A stretch of 64,000 bases of DNA, taken from the NCBI GenBank assembly GCA_017560085.1, contig JAFYPA010000025.1, forward strand, positions 1,619 through 65,618. The letters run 5' to 3'. The position numbers were made by a program, and so were the translations under genes. Source of the stretch: Clostridia bacterium. Lineage in GTDB: Bacteria > Bacillota > Clostridia > Oscillospirales > CAG-382. This document shows positions 18,675 to 26,956 of this stretch, in pieces. The notes beneath the pieces are model-generated. The model was not told the origin of the DNA. It made no database searches and saw nothing but the letters and a program-made list of their open reading frames with translations. Numbering within the stretch: position 1 is the stretch's first letter; each line of letters opens with the position of its first letter.

Positions 18675-19262
18675 ATGAAAAAGTTTGTATGTCCTGTTTG
18701 CGGTTACGTTCACGAAGGTGAAGCAGCTCCCGAAAAGTGCCCTGTATGTAAGGTTCCCGGCGAAAAGTTCACCATTATGGAGGCAGGCGCAAAGCTCGCA
18801 GCTGAGCACGAATACGGCGTATATGCAAAGACAGTAAAGAACAACCCCGACATTTCCGAGGAGGACAAGAAGTACATATTCGAACAGCTCATGGCTAACT
18901 TCAACGGCGAATGCGCAGAAGTAGGTATGTACCTCTGCATGGCAAGAATCGCACACAGAGAAGGCTACCCCGAGGTAGGTCTCTACTGGGAAAAGGCAGC
19001 ATACGAGGAAGCAGAGCACGCAGCAAAGTTTGCAGAGCTTCTCGGCGAGGATCTCGAGCCCAACATGAGGGCTACAACAAAGGACAACCTCAAGTGGAGA
19101 GTTGACTGCGAATACGGCGCAACAAAGGGTAAGTTTGATCTTGCGGCTTGCGCTAAGAAGAATGGTCTTGATGCTATTCATGATACTGTGCATGAGATGG
19201 CTAGAGATGAAGCAAGACACGGCAGAGGTCTCGAAGGTCTTCTCAACAGATATTTCAAGTAA
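18675..19262 (+). CDS. Reverse rubrerythrin / NADH peroxidase
   Basis: N-terminal rubredoxin-like CPVCGY..CPVC, diiron motifs EEAEHA and DEARH. Confidence 0.92.
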   Translation: MKKFVCPVCGYVHEGEAAPEKCPVCKVPGEKFTIMEAGAKLAAEHEYGVYAKTVKNNPDISEEDKKYIFEQLMANFNGECAEVGMYLCMARIAHREGYPEVGLYWEKAAYEEAEHAAKFAELLGEDLEPNMRATTKDNLKWRVDCEYGATKGKFDLAACAKKNGLDAIHDTVHEMARDEARHGRGLEGLLNRYFK

Positions 19263-19278
19263 TACCCCGACACATTTT

Positions 19279-19309
19279 GGGAGCGGATTTCAAATCCGCT
19301 CCCTTTTTT
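19279..19309 (+). terminator. Intrinsic terminator
   Basis: GGGAGCGGATTT-C-AAATCCGCTCCC followed by T6. Confidence 0.85.
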
Positions 19310-19415
19310 ATTTCTATTGCAAGCAGTAAAGCCGCCCCGAAGTAAAGCGGAGCGGCTAAAGCTATATTTAAGCTGTATTTGATATATTGTTTAAGCAACG
19401 GGATTTATCTTATCC

Positions 19416-22037
19416 TTATCCTTCCCCCTGACAAACAACCTTGACTCCGTCGATATCATCTCCGAAGTTATGTGCAAGTCTCTCCCATTTTTCTCTGGGG
19501 CCGCCAAAGTAAATTACTTCAAGGCTGTCACAGCCTTCAAATACACCGTCGGCAACAAGATGTATATCGCCCGGAAGCGACACTTTTTTCAGAGACGAGC
19601 ATCCCGAAAAAAGTCCCTGCATAATAACATTGACCTTGCTCGGAACAGCAATTGTTTCAAGAGATGTACAGTTTCTGAATGCATAAGCACCGATTGACTT
19701 CACGGTGGAGGGCAGGGTTATGGATTGAAGATTAGGATTATCCGCAAACGCAACCGCACCTACCGATTCTATTCCGTCGCAAAGAGATATATTTGTAACC
19801 TTCGGCAAGCCCGAAAACGCCTTGAAGCACACATCCTTGATTTCGCCGTTTACAGATACGGCAACTACGCTGTCCTTGCTCTTTTCAAGCCATTCGGGGT
19901 CTCTTACTATTCCGTCGGCACCGGTAAACAGTAAATCGCTCATATTTCCGTATCCGCCGACCATAAGAACGTCCATGCTTACGTTCCATCTGACGCCCAT
20001 TTCTCTTGTGTGCTCGGAATGGTCCGTGCCTCCGCAGAGAGGACAGAACTCACCTTCACCCCAATTGAGATACACATGCATACCGTCAATTAAATTCATT
20101 TCCCCAAGAGAAATGCCTGCAAACTGCTCGGGAGTGCCGGGATAATGAATAACCTTTACGTTACATCCCGAGGAAAATGCCGCATCGTTGATTCTTTCAA
20201 GGCTCACGGGTAGCTTTACGGTTTCAACCGATGTGCCGGCAAACACAGCGTTATCAATTATCTTTACACCCTCGGGAACAACATAATTTTTCTCGCCGTT
20301 GTTCAAGGGATACCATACCAGCCTTGTCATATCGGATGTATAAATTGCGCCGTGCTCATCCGTGATAAAATAAGGATTTTGCGCATCAATGCTTATAGTT
20401 GCCTTTTCACAAGTGGAAAAAGCACCGCTGTTTATGGCAGATACATTTTTTCCGATGTTGATTTTTTTAACCGTTCTGCAGCTTGAGAATGCGTACTCAC
20501 CGATATACTCAAGAGTCTCGGGGAAATCAAGATCCATATTGAGATACCAGCATCCGACAAATGCATATGAGCCTATCGATTTCAGATTCTTCGGTAATTT
20601 TATCGTGCGGAATGAACCGCTCTGGAAGGCTCTTGCCCCGATTTCGGTAACGCTGTCGGGGATAATCACCTCACGAAGCTCGATACAGTTGTTGAAGCAA
20701 AACTCCTTGATTGCCGTAATTCCGTCGGGAATAGCAATACTTTTCAGGCTCTGACAACCGGCAAAGGCAAACTTACCTATCTCTCTCACATTTTTGGGTA
20801 TATTAAGCTCTTCTATCTTATTTGCCTGATAGAAAGCATTTTCCTTTATTTCCGTAACGCTGTCGGGAAGTACAACCTTTTTCAGCTTACAAAGATTAAA
20901 AGCGGAATCACCGATAATCTCAACTCCGTCCGGAACGATATATTCCTCGCCCGCTCTGCTGATAGGATAATATAGAATCTCGGTTTTGTCCTTGTTGTAC
21001 AACACGCCGTCAACGTCACAGAAATAGGGATTTTCAGCCGAAACCGTTATCCTTCCGAGCTTTTTACAGTTCCAGAAGGCGTCAAAAGGGATTTCCGCAA
21101 TGGTTGAAGGAATGTATACATCCGTCAGCTCCGAACAGCCGGTGAATACACCGTAGTCAAGCTTTCCGACACCCTCGGGAATAGTAACAGACACAAGGCT
21201 TGTACCTGAAAATGCATGCATACCGATTGTCCGCATACTTGAAGGAAGGCTTACGGCGGTAAGGTTCGTGCATCCGCTGAAGGCTTCTGCGGTAATATCG
21301 ATAATACCCTCGGATATGCGGACCTCTTTTATCCGGTCAAGCTTCTTTTCCCACGGGGCGTGAAATACTGCACGCGTTGAGGAAACACCATTGCCGCCTG
21401 TTGTGGTGTGGTACATGACCTTAAAAATTTCCTCCATTTTGCCTTCTCCGCTTACGATGAGCACACCGTCCTCAAGAGACCAGCTTACGGGTACCTTGTC
21501 GGGCGAATTAAGCATTACCGTGCTTGTGGCGTTGTCCCATTTTACGTCAAGTCCCAGAAAGCTTGCTACCGCTCTTACGGGAAGATAGGTTGTACCGTCA
21601 ATGATAAACGGCTCTACGTAATTTCCGTTAGCATCGGCAGGCACAAGCTCTGTACCGTTTACCGTGATTCTGATGTTATTGTACACAAGATTCTTTTTTA
21701 CGTTACCGAACAGAGGCACAGCGACGGCATCCTTGCCGTAGGATACATTTCCGCCGTCTGTAAGTATGACCGTATTTGTCGCACCGTCCCAGTCCACGTT
21801 AAGTCCCACAGTCCCCGCAACGGCTCTTACGGGAAGATAGGTTGTACCGTCAATGATAAACGGCTCTACGTAGCTTCCGTTTGCGTCTGTAGGTGTAACC
21901 GCCACTCCGTTCAGCGTTATTTTTATATTGTTGTAGCACAGCTCCTTCTGAACAGCACCCTCGGATGCCAGAACGGTTGTTGCTGTAATTGATGTGAATA
22001 ATATGAGTAATCCTGCTAATAGTGTTTTGAGTTTCAT
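19416..22037 (-). CDS. Secreted BspA-type leucine-rich-repeat (LRR_5) protein with two copper-amine-oxidase-N (stalk) domains
   Basis: Two PFIIDGTTYLPVRAVA..GL.V.WD modules and many IP.SVTEIG..AF..C repeats. Confidence 0.9.
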   Translation of the reverse strand: MKLKTLLAGLLILFTSITATTVLASEGAVQKELCYNNIKITLNGVAVTPTDANGSYVEPFIIDGTTYLPVRAVAGTVGLNVDWDGATNTVILTDGGNVSYGKDAVAVPLFGNVKKNLVYNNIRITVNGTELVPADANGNYVEPFIIDGTTYLPVRAVASFLGLDVKWDNATSTVMLNSPDKVPVSWSLEDGVLIVSGEGKMEEIFKVMYHTTTGGNGVSSTRAVFHAPWEKKLDRIKEVRISEGIIDITAEAFSGCTNLTAVSLPSSMRTIGMHAFSGTSLVSVTIPEGVGKLDYGVFTGCSELTDVYIPSTIAEIPFDAFWNCKKLGRITVSAENPYFCDVDGVLYNKDKTEILYYPISRAGEEYIVPDGVEIIGDSAFNLCKLKKVVLPDSVTEIKENAFYQANKIEELNIPKNVREIGKFAFAGCQSLKSIAIPDGITAIKEFCFNNCIELREVIIPDSVTEIGARAFQSGSFRTIKLPKNLKSIGSYAFVGCWYLNMDLDFPETLEYIGEYAFSSCRTVKKINIGKNVSAINSGAFSTCEKATISIDAQNPYFITDEHGAIYTSDMTRLVWYPLNNGEKNYVVPEGVKIIDNAVFAGTSVETVKLPVSLERINDAAFSSGCNVKVIHYPGTPEQFAGISLGEMNLIDGMHVYLNWGEGEFCPLCGGTDHSEHTREMGVRWNVSMDVLMVGGYGNMSDLLFTGADGIVRDPEWLEKSKDSVVAVSVNGEIKDVCFKAFSGLPKVTNISLCDGIESVGAVAFADNPNLQSITLPSTVKSIGAYAFRNCTSLETIAVPSKVNVIMQGLFSGCSSLKKVSLPGDIHLVADGVFEGCDSLEVIYFGGPREKWERLAHNFGDDIDGVKVVCQGEG

Positions 22038-22187
22038 ATATTTTTTCCTCTCGTAATATAAGGGTAAATCGTTTTATGCGGTTATAAAATTAATAGAATT
22101 ATATCATAGTTTTCGGGGTTTTGCAAGAGTTTTTTACCTCGTTTCGTTCACATAAAAAGCACCTGCAATTTTATTTTTCACATCTTT

Positions 22188-22439
22188 TTGTTAAAGGAAA
22201 ACCTCAAGAACCTGATTGGAAATGCGTCCGCTCTCAAGGCAAAAGCAACGTGGAAAGCATTTTTCATAGTTGTCGCTATGCTTTGCGCACTTGCGGTTAT
22301 CTCTCCGCTTCTTGCTTCCATTATCATTCAGGACAAGACGAACACAATTGTCGGAGCTCCCGTACAGAATACGGCGGTTGAACAGCCCGTCGCAGAAGAA
22401 GCAACCGAGGCAACCTCACCCGAAGTAACGGCAGAATAA
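22188..22439 (+). CDS. Small hypothetical membrane protein (start uncertain)
   Basis: One hydrophobic helix, acidic tail, host-like codons, followed by a terminator-like hairpin; TTG start without a clear SD. Confidence 0.4.
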   Translation: MLKENLKNLIGNASALKAKATWKAFFIVVAMLCALAVISPLLASIIIQDKTNTIVGAPVQNTAVEQPVAEEATEATSPEVTAE

Positions 22440-22555
22440 CCGTTGCGGTTTAATACTTTGATTTTATAAGAGTCCGAAGATTTTTTCGGGCTCTTTTTTC
22501 ATCCCCAAAAGCAAAAAGAGAGCCTCACCATAGGCTCTCCCCCATCATTCAAATA

Positions 22556-22783
22556 TCAATCCTTAAATTCAAACAGCTTCTTAAGCGGAATATTCAACGC
22601 CTCCGCGATATCAATCAGAGTATCAAGCGTGCAGGAGCAGGCGGCGGTTTCAATCTTCTGCATATAAGTCCTGCTTATATCACACTTTTCGGCAAGCTGC
22701 ATTTGTGTCATTCCCTGTTCTTTTCGGTAATGCAAAATGTTCAGACCGATTGCAAGCCATATATCAAAATTCTTTCCCTTCAT
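22556..22783 (-). CDS. XRE-family helix-turn-helix regulator
   Basis: IGLNI..YRKEQGMTQ.QLAE..DISR.Y..KIE; SD GAGGTG. Confidence 0.88.
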   Translation of the reverse strand: MKGKNFDIWLAIGLNILHYRKEQGMTQMQLAEKCDISRTYMQKIETAACSCTLDTLIDIAEALNIPLKKLFEFKD

Positions 22784-22973
22784 AAGCCTCACCTCTTGCA
22801 TAATATTATAGCCAAAAAGCAAGGTGTTATCGACAAACAATATTTACTTAAAAGAGAACAAATAGTTTGCATTTTGGGCGTATGTGTGTTATAATGCAAT
22901 CATATAGTACGCATTTGATACAGATTTGTTACCATTTTGGTGTTTATAATATAGAATTGCAGAGGTAAAAGAT

Positions 22974-23435
22974 ATGAAAAAAATATGTTGCTTCGCAGGT
23001 CACTCAGACCTTGCAGACACGGAAGAAATATACACCCGACTTCTCTCCACTCTCGAAAATCTCGTATCGGAAGGCTCGGTTACCGAATTTTGGGTCGGCA
23101 ACTACGGAGCCTTTGACCGCCTCTCGGCAAGGGCTGTGCGCGAGATTAAGATGAAGCACCCCGAAATAAAATCGGCTCTGGTTGTTCCCTATCTCACATC
23201 GGGAATAAACGAGTACCGTGACGAGCTTCAAAAGGATTTTGACGATATTATAATTGCCGATATTCCGCCCAAAACACCGAAAAAATTACAGATTATAAAG
23301 TGCAATCAATATATGGTAAAAAGCTCGCAAATCCTTGTCTGCTATGTAAAGCATTCCTTCGGCGGAGCGGCAAAAACGCTTGAGTATGCCGAAAAGCGCA
23401 AGGACATCACCGTAATCAATCTCGCCCTTGAATAA
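22974..23435 (+). CDS. SLOG/DUF1273-like (YspA-related) protein
   Basis: CCFAGHS, FWVGNYGAFD, IIKCNQYMV..S..LVCYV..FGGAAKTLEYA. Confidence 0.7.
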   Translation: MKKICCFAGHSDLADTEEIYTRLLSTLENLVSEGSVTEFWVGNYGAFDRLSARAVREIKMKHPEIKSALVVPYLTSGINEYRDELQKDFDDIIIADIPPKTPKKLQIIKCNQYMVKSSQILVCYVKHSFGGAAKTLEYAEKRKDITVINLALE

Positions 23436-23518
23436 CCGCAAACAAAAATTCCGTCCCGAAGTAAGCTTAAACTCCGAGGCGGAATATATTTTATATTCAA
23501 AATTACTCTGTACGACCT

Positions 23519-24598
23519 TTACTTGTCATACCTTTCCCCCAGCACATAAGAGCAAACAAGAGTATCATCCCCATCCACAACAATAAAATCCGCATCGAAT
23601 CCGACCTTGATTTCTCCCTTGTTGAGTCCCATATATTTTGCGGGGGTGGTTGATGCCATACGGAAAGCATCCTCTCTCGGGATTCCGAATTCTATTGCCT
23701 TAAGTACATCCTCGTAAAGTGTGGATGCACCTCCCGCAAGTCTGCCGTGCTCATCCTTTATTGCTCTGCCTTCCTTGATGCGCTTGTGACCTGCGTGCAT
23801 TGTGTATTCTCCGTCGGGAAGTCCGAGGCCGCATACGGCGTCGCTTATGAGGATTACACGATCTTTACCGAAAATTCTGTAAACAGCCTTGGCAACGCTT
23901 TTGTGAACATGGATGCCGTCGCAGATAAGCTGAACGAACATATCTCCGTCTATTGCCGCACCGATAGGTCCCGGCTCTCTGTGGTGGAATACGGGCATAA
24001 CATTGAATATGTGAGTAAGGCTGTCGGCACCTGCCTCGATTGCCTTCATAGTGGTCTCGTAATCCGCGCCCGTGTGACCTATGGCGAATTTTATGTCCTT
24101 GTGTGCCTTTATAAAATCAAGTATCCCATCGACCTCTGCGGCGACATTCATAAGCTTTACCTTTTCAAGATGGGGAATACTGCGGTTTGAGGGCTTGTAT
24201 ATGTTGCCCGTAACTCCCGCACCGGGAAGCTTTTCCGCGACATAAGGTCCTTCGAGGTGATAGCCCGGAATATTCGCACCTGGAAGTCCCTCGTAATTTT
24301 CCTCAAGAGCCTTTTCGAATTTATCCTGCGGTATTGCGCCGATTGTGGGATACCAGGTTGTAACGCCGTTTTGTGCCATAAACACGCTCATTTCGGAAAG
24401 CTTATCAAAGCCGTAGTATGCATCCTTTCCGAGACAGCCGTGGCAATGGATGTCTATAAGCCCGGGGAAGACTTCTCTTCCGCCGAGGTCTGTGCCTTCC
24501 TTGTCGGATTTTCCTATTTTGGAAAATTTGCCGTCCGTTACCTCAAAATCGGTGAGCTCTCCGTTAATTCTTGCGTTTTTGTATATTACGGTTGACAT
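23519..24598 (-). CDS. nagA: N-acetylglucosamine-6-phosphate deacetylase
   Basis: PGLIDIHCHG, HLEGPY, GHT, THIFN, CDGIHV, LISDA, LAG; SD GGAGG. Confidence 0.85.
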   Translation of the reverse strand: MSTVIYKNARINGELTDFEVTDGKFSKIGKSDKEGTDLGGREVFPGLIDIHCHGCLGKDAYYGFDKLSEMSVFMAQNGVTTWYPTIGAIPQDKFEKALEENYEGLPGANIPGYHLEGPYVAEKLPGAGVTGNIYKPSNRSIPHLEKVKLMNVAAEVDGILDFIKAHKDIKFAIGHTGADYETTMKAIEAGADSLTHIFNVMPVFHHREPGPIGAAIDGDMFVQLICDGIHVHKSVAKAVYRIFGKDRVILISDAVCGLGLPDGEYTMHAGHKRIKEGRAIKDEHGRLAGGASTLYEDVLKAIEFGIPREDAFRMASTTPAKYMGLNKGEIKVGFDADFIVVDGDDTLVCSYVLGERYDK

Positions 24599-24783
24599 GG
24601 TAACACCTCCGAGTCTTTTTTTCATTGTACCACCGATTCCGCCAAAGGTCAACCGCTTTTTCAAAACAACGCAATATACTGTCTTTTTTGAGTAATATTG
24701 TTGTATGGAATTTGTATATAAAAGGGAAAAGGAGTACCCAAACCGGCACTCCCTCCCCTTTATTCAAAGAGCATAAATCTATA

Positions 24784-25470
24784 TCAATCGTCAAAATCCT
24801 TCTCGAACTTCAGAATTCTTCCGTCCTCGGCGTTAATTTCCGCTTCGTATTCGGTAAGACCTCTTCTGAATTCGATTTCGTAAACATATCTGCCGTCGTC
24901 TCTGTCAAGCTTTACCTTTATTAAGGTAACCTCCGACTCCTTAAGACCCGCCTTTTCAAGGGCGATTTCCCTGGCTCTTTCCTCGCCTATGAATCCCTTC
25001 TCTTCGGGAGCTGCGGGCTTTTCGACAGGCTTTACCTCAGGCTTTTCCTTGTCGTCCCCGGGAAGCGGCTTTTTGTTTTTTGCGTCCTTTTCCTTGGTTT
25101 TGTATTTGTTGTTGTCATCCTTTGCTGCGGCATTTTCCGAGCCCTCGATTATTACGTCGGCATCGGTTACGGTGGTGTCTGTCACGGCACGAAGCTCGAT
25201 AAGCTTTTCGTCCTCATACCAGAATACGGTTTTACCCATAATCTCACCTATTGCCCTTATCGGGAGATAGGTTGTACCTTCATACAAAATGGGGTAAACC
25301 GTCTCACCGTCGGCATTCTTGAATTTTGCAACCTCGCCCTCAATCTTTACGGTAAAGTCGGGGCGGAGCTGAGCCTTTATTTCCTTTATCGCAGCCGACG
25401 CGCCGACCGTGGCGCCGACTCCGACAACAAATGTCGCAAGTGCGAGGATGAATGCTGTTTTCTTTTTCAT
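24784..25470 (-). CDS. Secreted stalk-domain + C-terminal PepSY domain protein
   Basis: YPILYEGTTYLPIRAIG; IGEERAREIAL..KLDRDDGRYVYEIEF..EYEAEINAEDGRIL. Confidence 0.85.
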   Translation of the reverse strand: MKKKTAFILALATFVVGVGATVGASAAIKEIKAQLRPDFTVKIEGEVAKFKNADGETVYPILYEGTTYLPIRAIGEIMGKTVFWYEDEKLIELRAVTDTTVTDADVIIEGSENAAAKDDNNKYKTKEKDAKNKKPLPGDDKEKPEVKPVEKPAAPEEKGFIGEERAREIALEKAGLKESEVTLIKVKLDRDDGRYVYEIEFRRGLTEYEAEINAEDGRILKFEKDFDD

Positions 25471-25528
25471 GTACAATCATCTCCTTCATATATATAATGT
25501 GTGCTTTCACTGAGTTTATGCTCCGATT

Positions 25529-25540
25529 TTATCTGTACAT
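25529..25540 (-). other. Candidate 3-codon leader ORF (Met-Tyr-Arg-stop) upstream of the PepSY gene
   Basis: Minus strand AAGGAGGAG-N6-ATG TAC AGA TAA just downstream of TATAAT. Confidence 0.45.
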
Positions 25541-25593
25541 CGGTATCTCCTCCTTCCTTTGTCTGCATTATACTCCGTTTTTCGGAAAAGCTC

Positions 25594-25608
25594 CGTGACC
25601 TTGTCACA
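25594..25608 (-). promoter_or_regulatory. Candidate Crp/Fnr-family binding site facing the PepSY gene
   Basis: Minus strand TGTGAC-AAG-GTCACG, 21 nt upstream of TATAAT (25567-25572). Confidence 0.65.
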
Positions 25609-25742
25609 TTTTTCCAAAAAGAAAAGCACCCACGGAATCAGACCCGTTGACAACAGCTCGCGTCTGTGATAAAATATCCGTGCGGACAAAAGAAAATCTC
25701 CCCGTGCGAAAACGCAAAGGGAGACGGAATAAGCTCTGCTTT

Positions 25743-25757
25743 TGTGACAAAGTCACG
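25743..25757 (+). promoter_or_regulatory. Candidate Crp/Fnr-family binding site facing trxA
   Basis: TGTGAC-AAA-GTCACG, 21 nt upstream of TAAAAT (25779-25784). Confidence 0.65.
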
Positions 25758-25827
25758 GAATAAATTCCGAAAGTGCGGTAAAATATACTCACAAAGGAAC
25801 AATACAAAAAACAAGGAGGACATAACA

Positions 25828-26136
25828 ATGTCAGTAATACACGTTAACAAGGAAAATTTCGAACAGCTCAAAAAGGAGCAAAGACCGGTGCTTCTGGACT
25901 TCTACGCAGACTGGTGCGGACCGTGCAAGATGGTAGCTCCCATCATCGAGCAGATTGCGGATGAAAGACCCGATATCGCCGTTGCCAAGGTAAACGTAGA
26001 CGACCAGCCCGAGCTTGCGGGTGCATTCGGTGTGTTCAGCATCCCGACGCTTGTTGTAATGAAGGACGGCGAGGTAGTTCAGAAGTCCGCAGGTGCAAGA
26101 CCCAAGGAAGCAATTCTTGAGCTTATCGACGGCTAA
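25828..26136 (+). CDS. trxA: Thioredoxin
   Basis: DFYADWCGPCK, SIPT; SD AAGGAGG. Confidence 0.95.
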   Translation: MSVIHVNKENFEQLKKEQRPVLLDFYADWCGPCKMVAPIIEQIADERPDIAVAKVNVDDQPELAGAFGVFSIPTLVVMKDGEVVQKSAGARPKEAILELIDG

Positions 26137-26144
26137 AGGGCTAC

Positions 26145-26822
26145 TTAAAGGGCAAGCTCACGAAGGCGCTTCTTATCGATAACCCTTATACCCTCACTTC
26201 TTGAGGAGGTAACAATACCCTCCGAAACGAAATATTTCATCATTCTTGAAACAACCTCACGGGCAGAACCCATGTATTTGGCTATCTGCTCGTGAGTTAA
26301 TTTTATGCAGTCTCCACCGTTTTTGGAAAGCTCGTCAAGAAGAAAAATGGCAAGCCTTTTGTCAAAGCTCATAAAGAGAATCTGCTGCATTACCCACATA
26401 ACGTCGGAAAAGCGGGAGACAGCCGTTTCAAGGGCAAATATTTTAACCTCGCAAATCCGCTCGGACATATCCGCATAGGCACAGCCTCCGACAACAATGC
26501 AGTCGCTGTCGTCCTCGGCGTCTATAAATACATCAAAGGTAATAGCCTCAAGCACGCAGGAGGCGGAGAGCATACACATATCCCCCGCATAAAGACGGTA
26601 GAGGGTAATTTCCCTTCCGTCCTCGGAAAGTATGTAGGCACGAAGGCACCCCGACTTTATTATAATAACGCCGGTGCATTCGCTTCCGTCGTGAATTGTT
26701 GTGCCCTTGGGAAAGCTGATATTCTGCGAGCTTCGGATAAGAGTATCTCTGTCGGATTGCGAAAGCGTATTCCAGAAGGGAAATACATCCGAATAAAGCT
26801 CTGTAATCTGTCGGTTGTCCGT
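26145..26822 (-). CDS. Crp/Fnr family transcriptional regulator with apparent ACG start
   Basis: Frame is open from ACG 26822 (xDNRQITELYSDVFPFWN..KSGCLRAYILSEDGREITLYRL) to the HTH THEQIAKYMGSAREVVSR; in-frame TGA three codons upstream. Confidence 0.85.
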   Translation of the reverse strand, partial: TDNRQITELYSDVFPFWNTLSQSDRDTLIRSSQNISFPKGTTIHDGSECTGVIIIKSGCLRAYILSEDGREITLYRLYAGDMCMLSASCVLEAITFDVFIDAEDDSDCIVVGGCAYADMSERICEVKIFALETAVSRFSDVMWVMQQILFMSFDKRLAIFLLDELSKNGGDCIKLTHEQIAKYMGSAREVVSRMMKYFVSEGIVTSSRSEGIRVIDKKRLRELAL

Positions 26823-26956
26823 GGCTTGTCACCCTCTCTTTGGATTTTACAAAATTATACCATACCGACATCCGAATGTCAAGAAGAACAGGACACCGCA
26901 GAGCAAAAAGCACCCCCGAAGCCGACACTTCCGACCTCGGGGGCTTTGCATATTAC

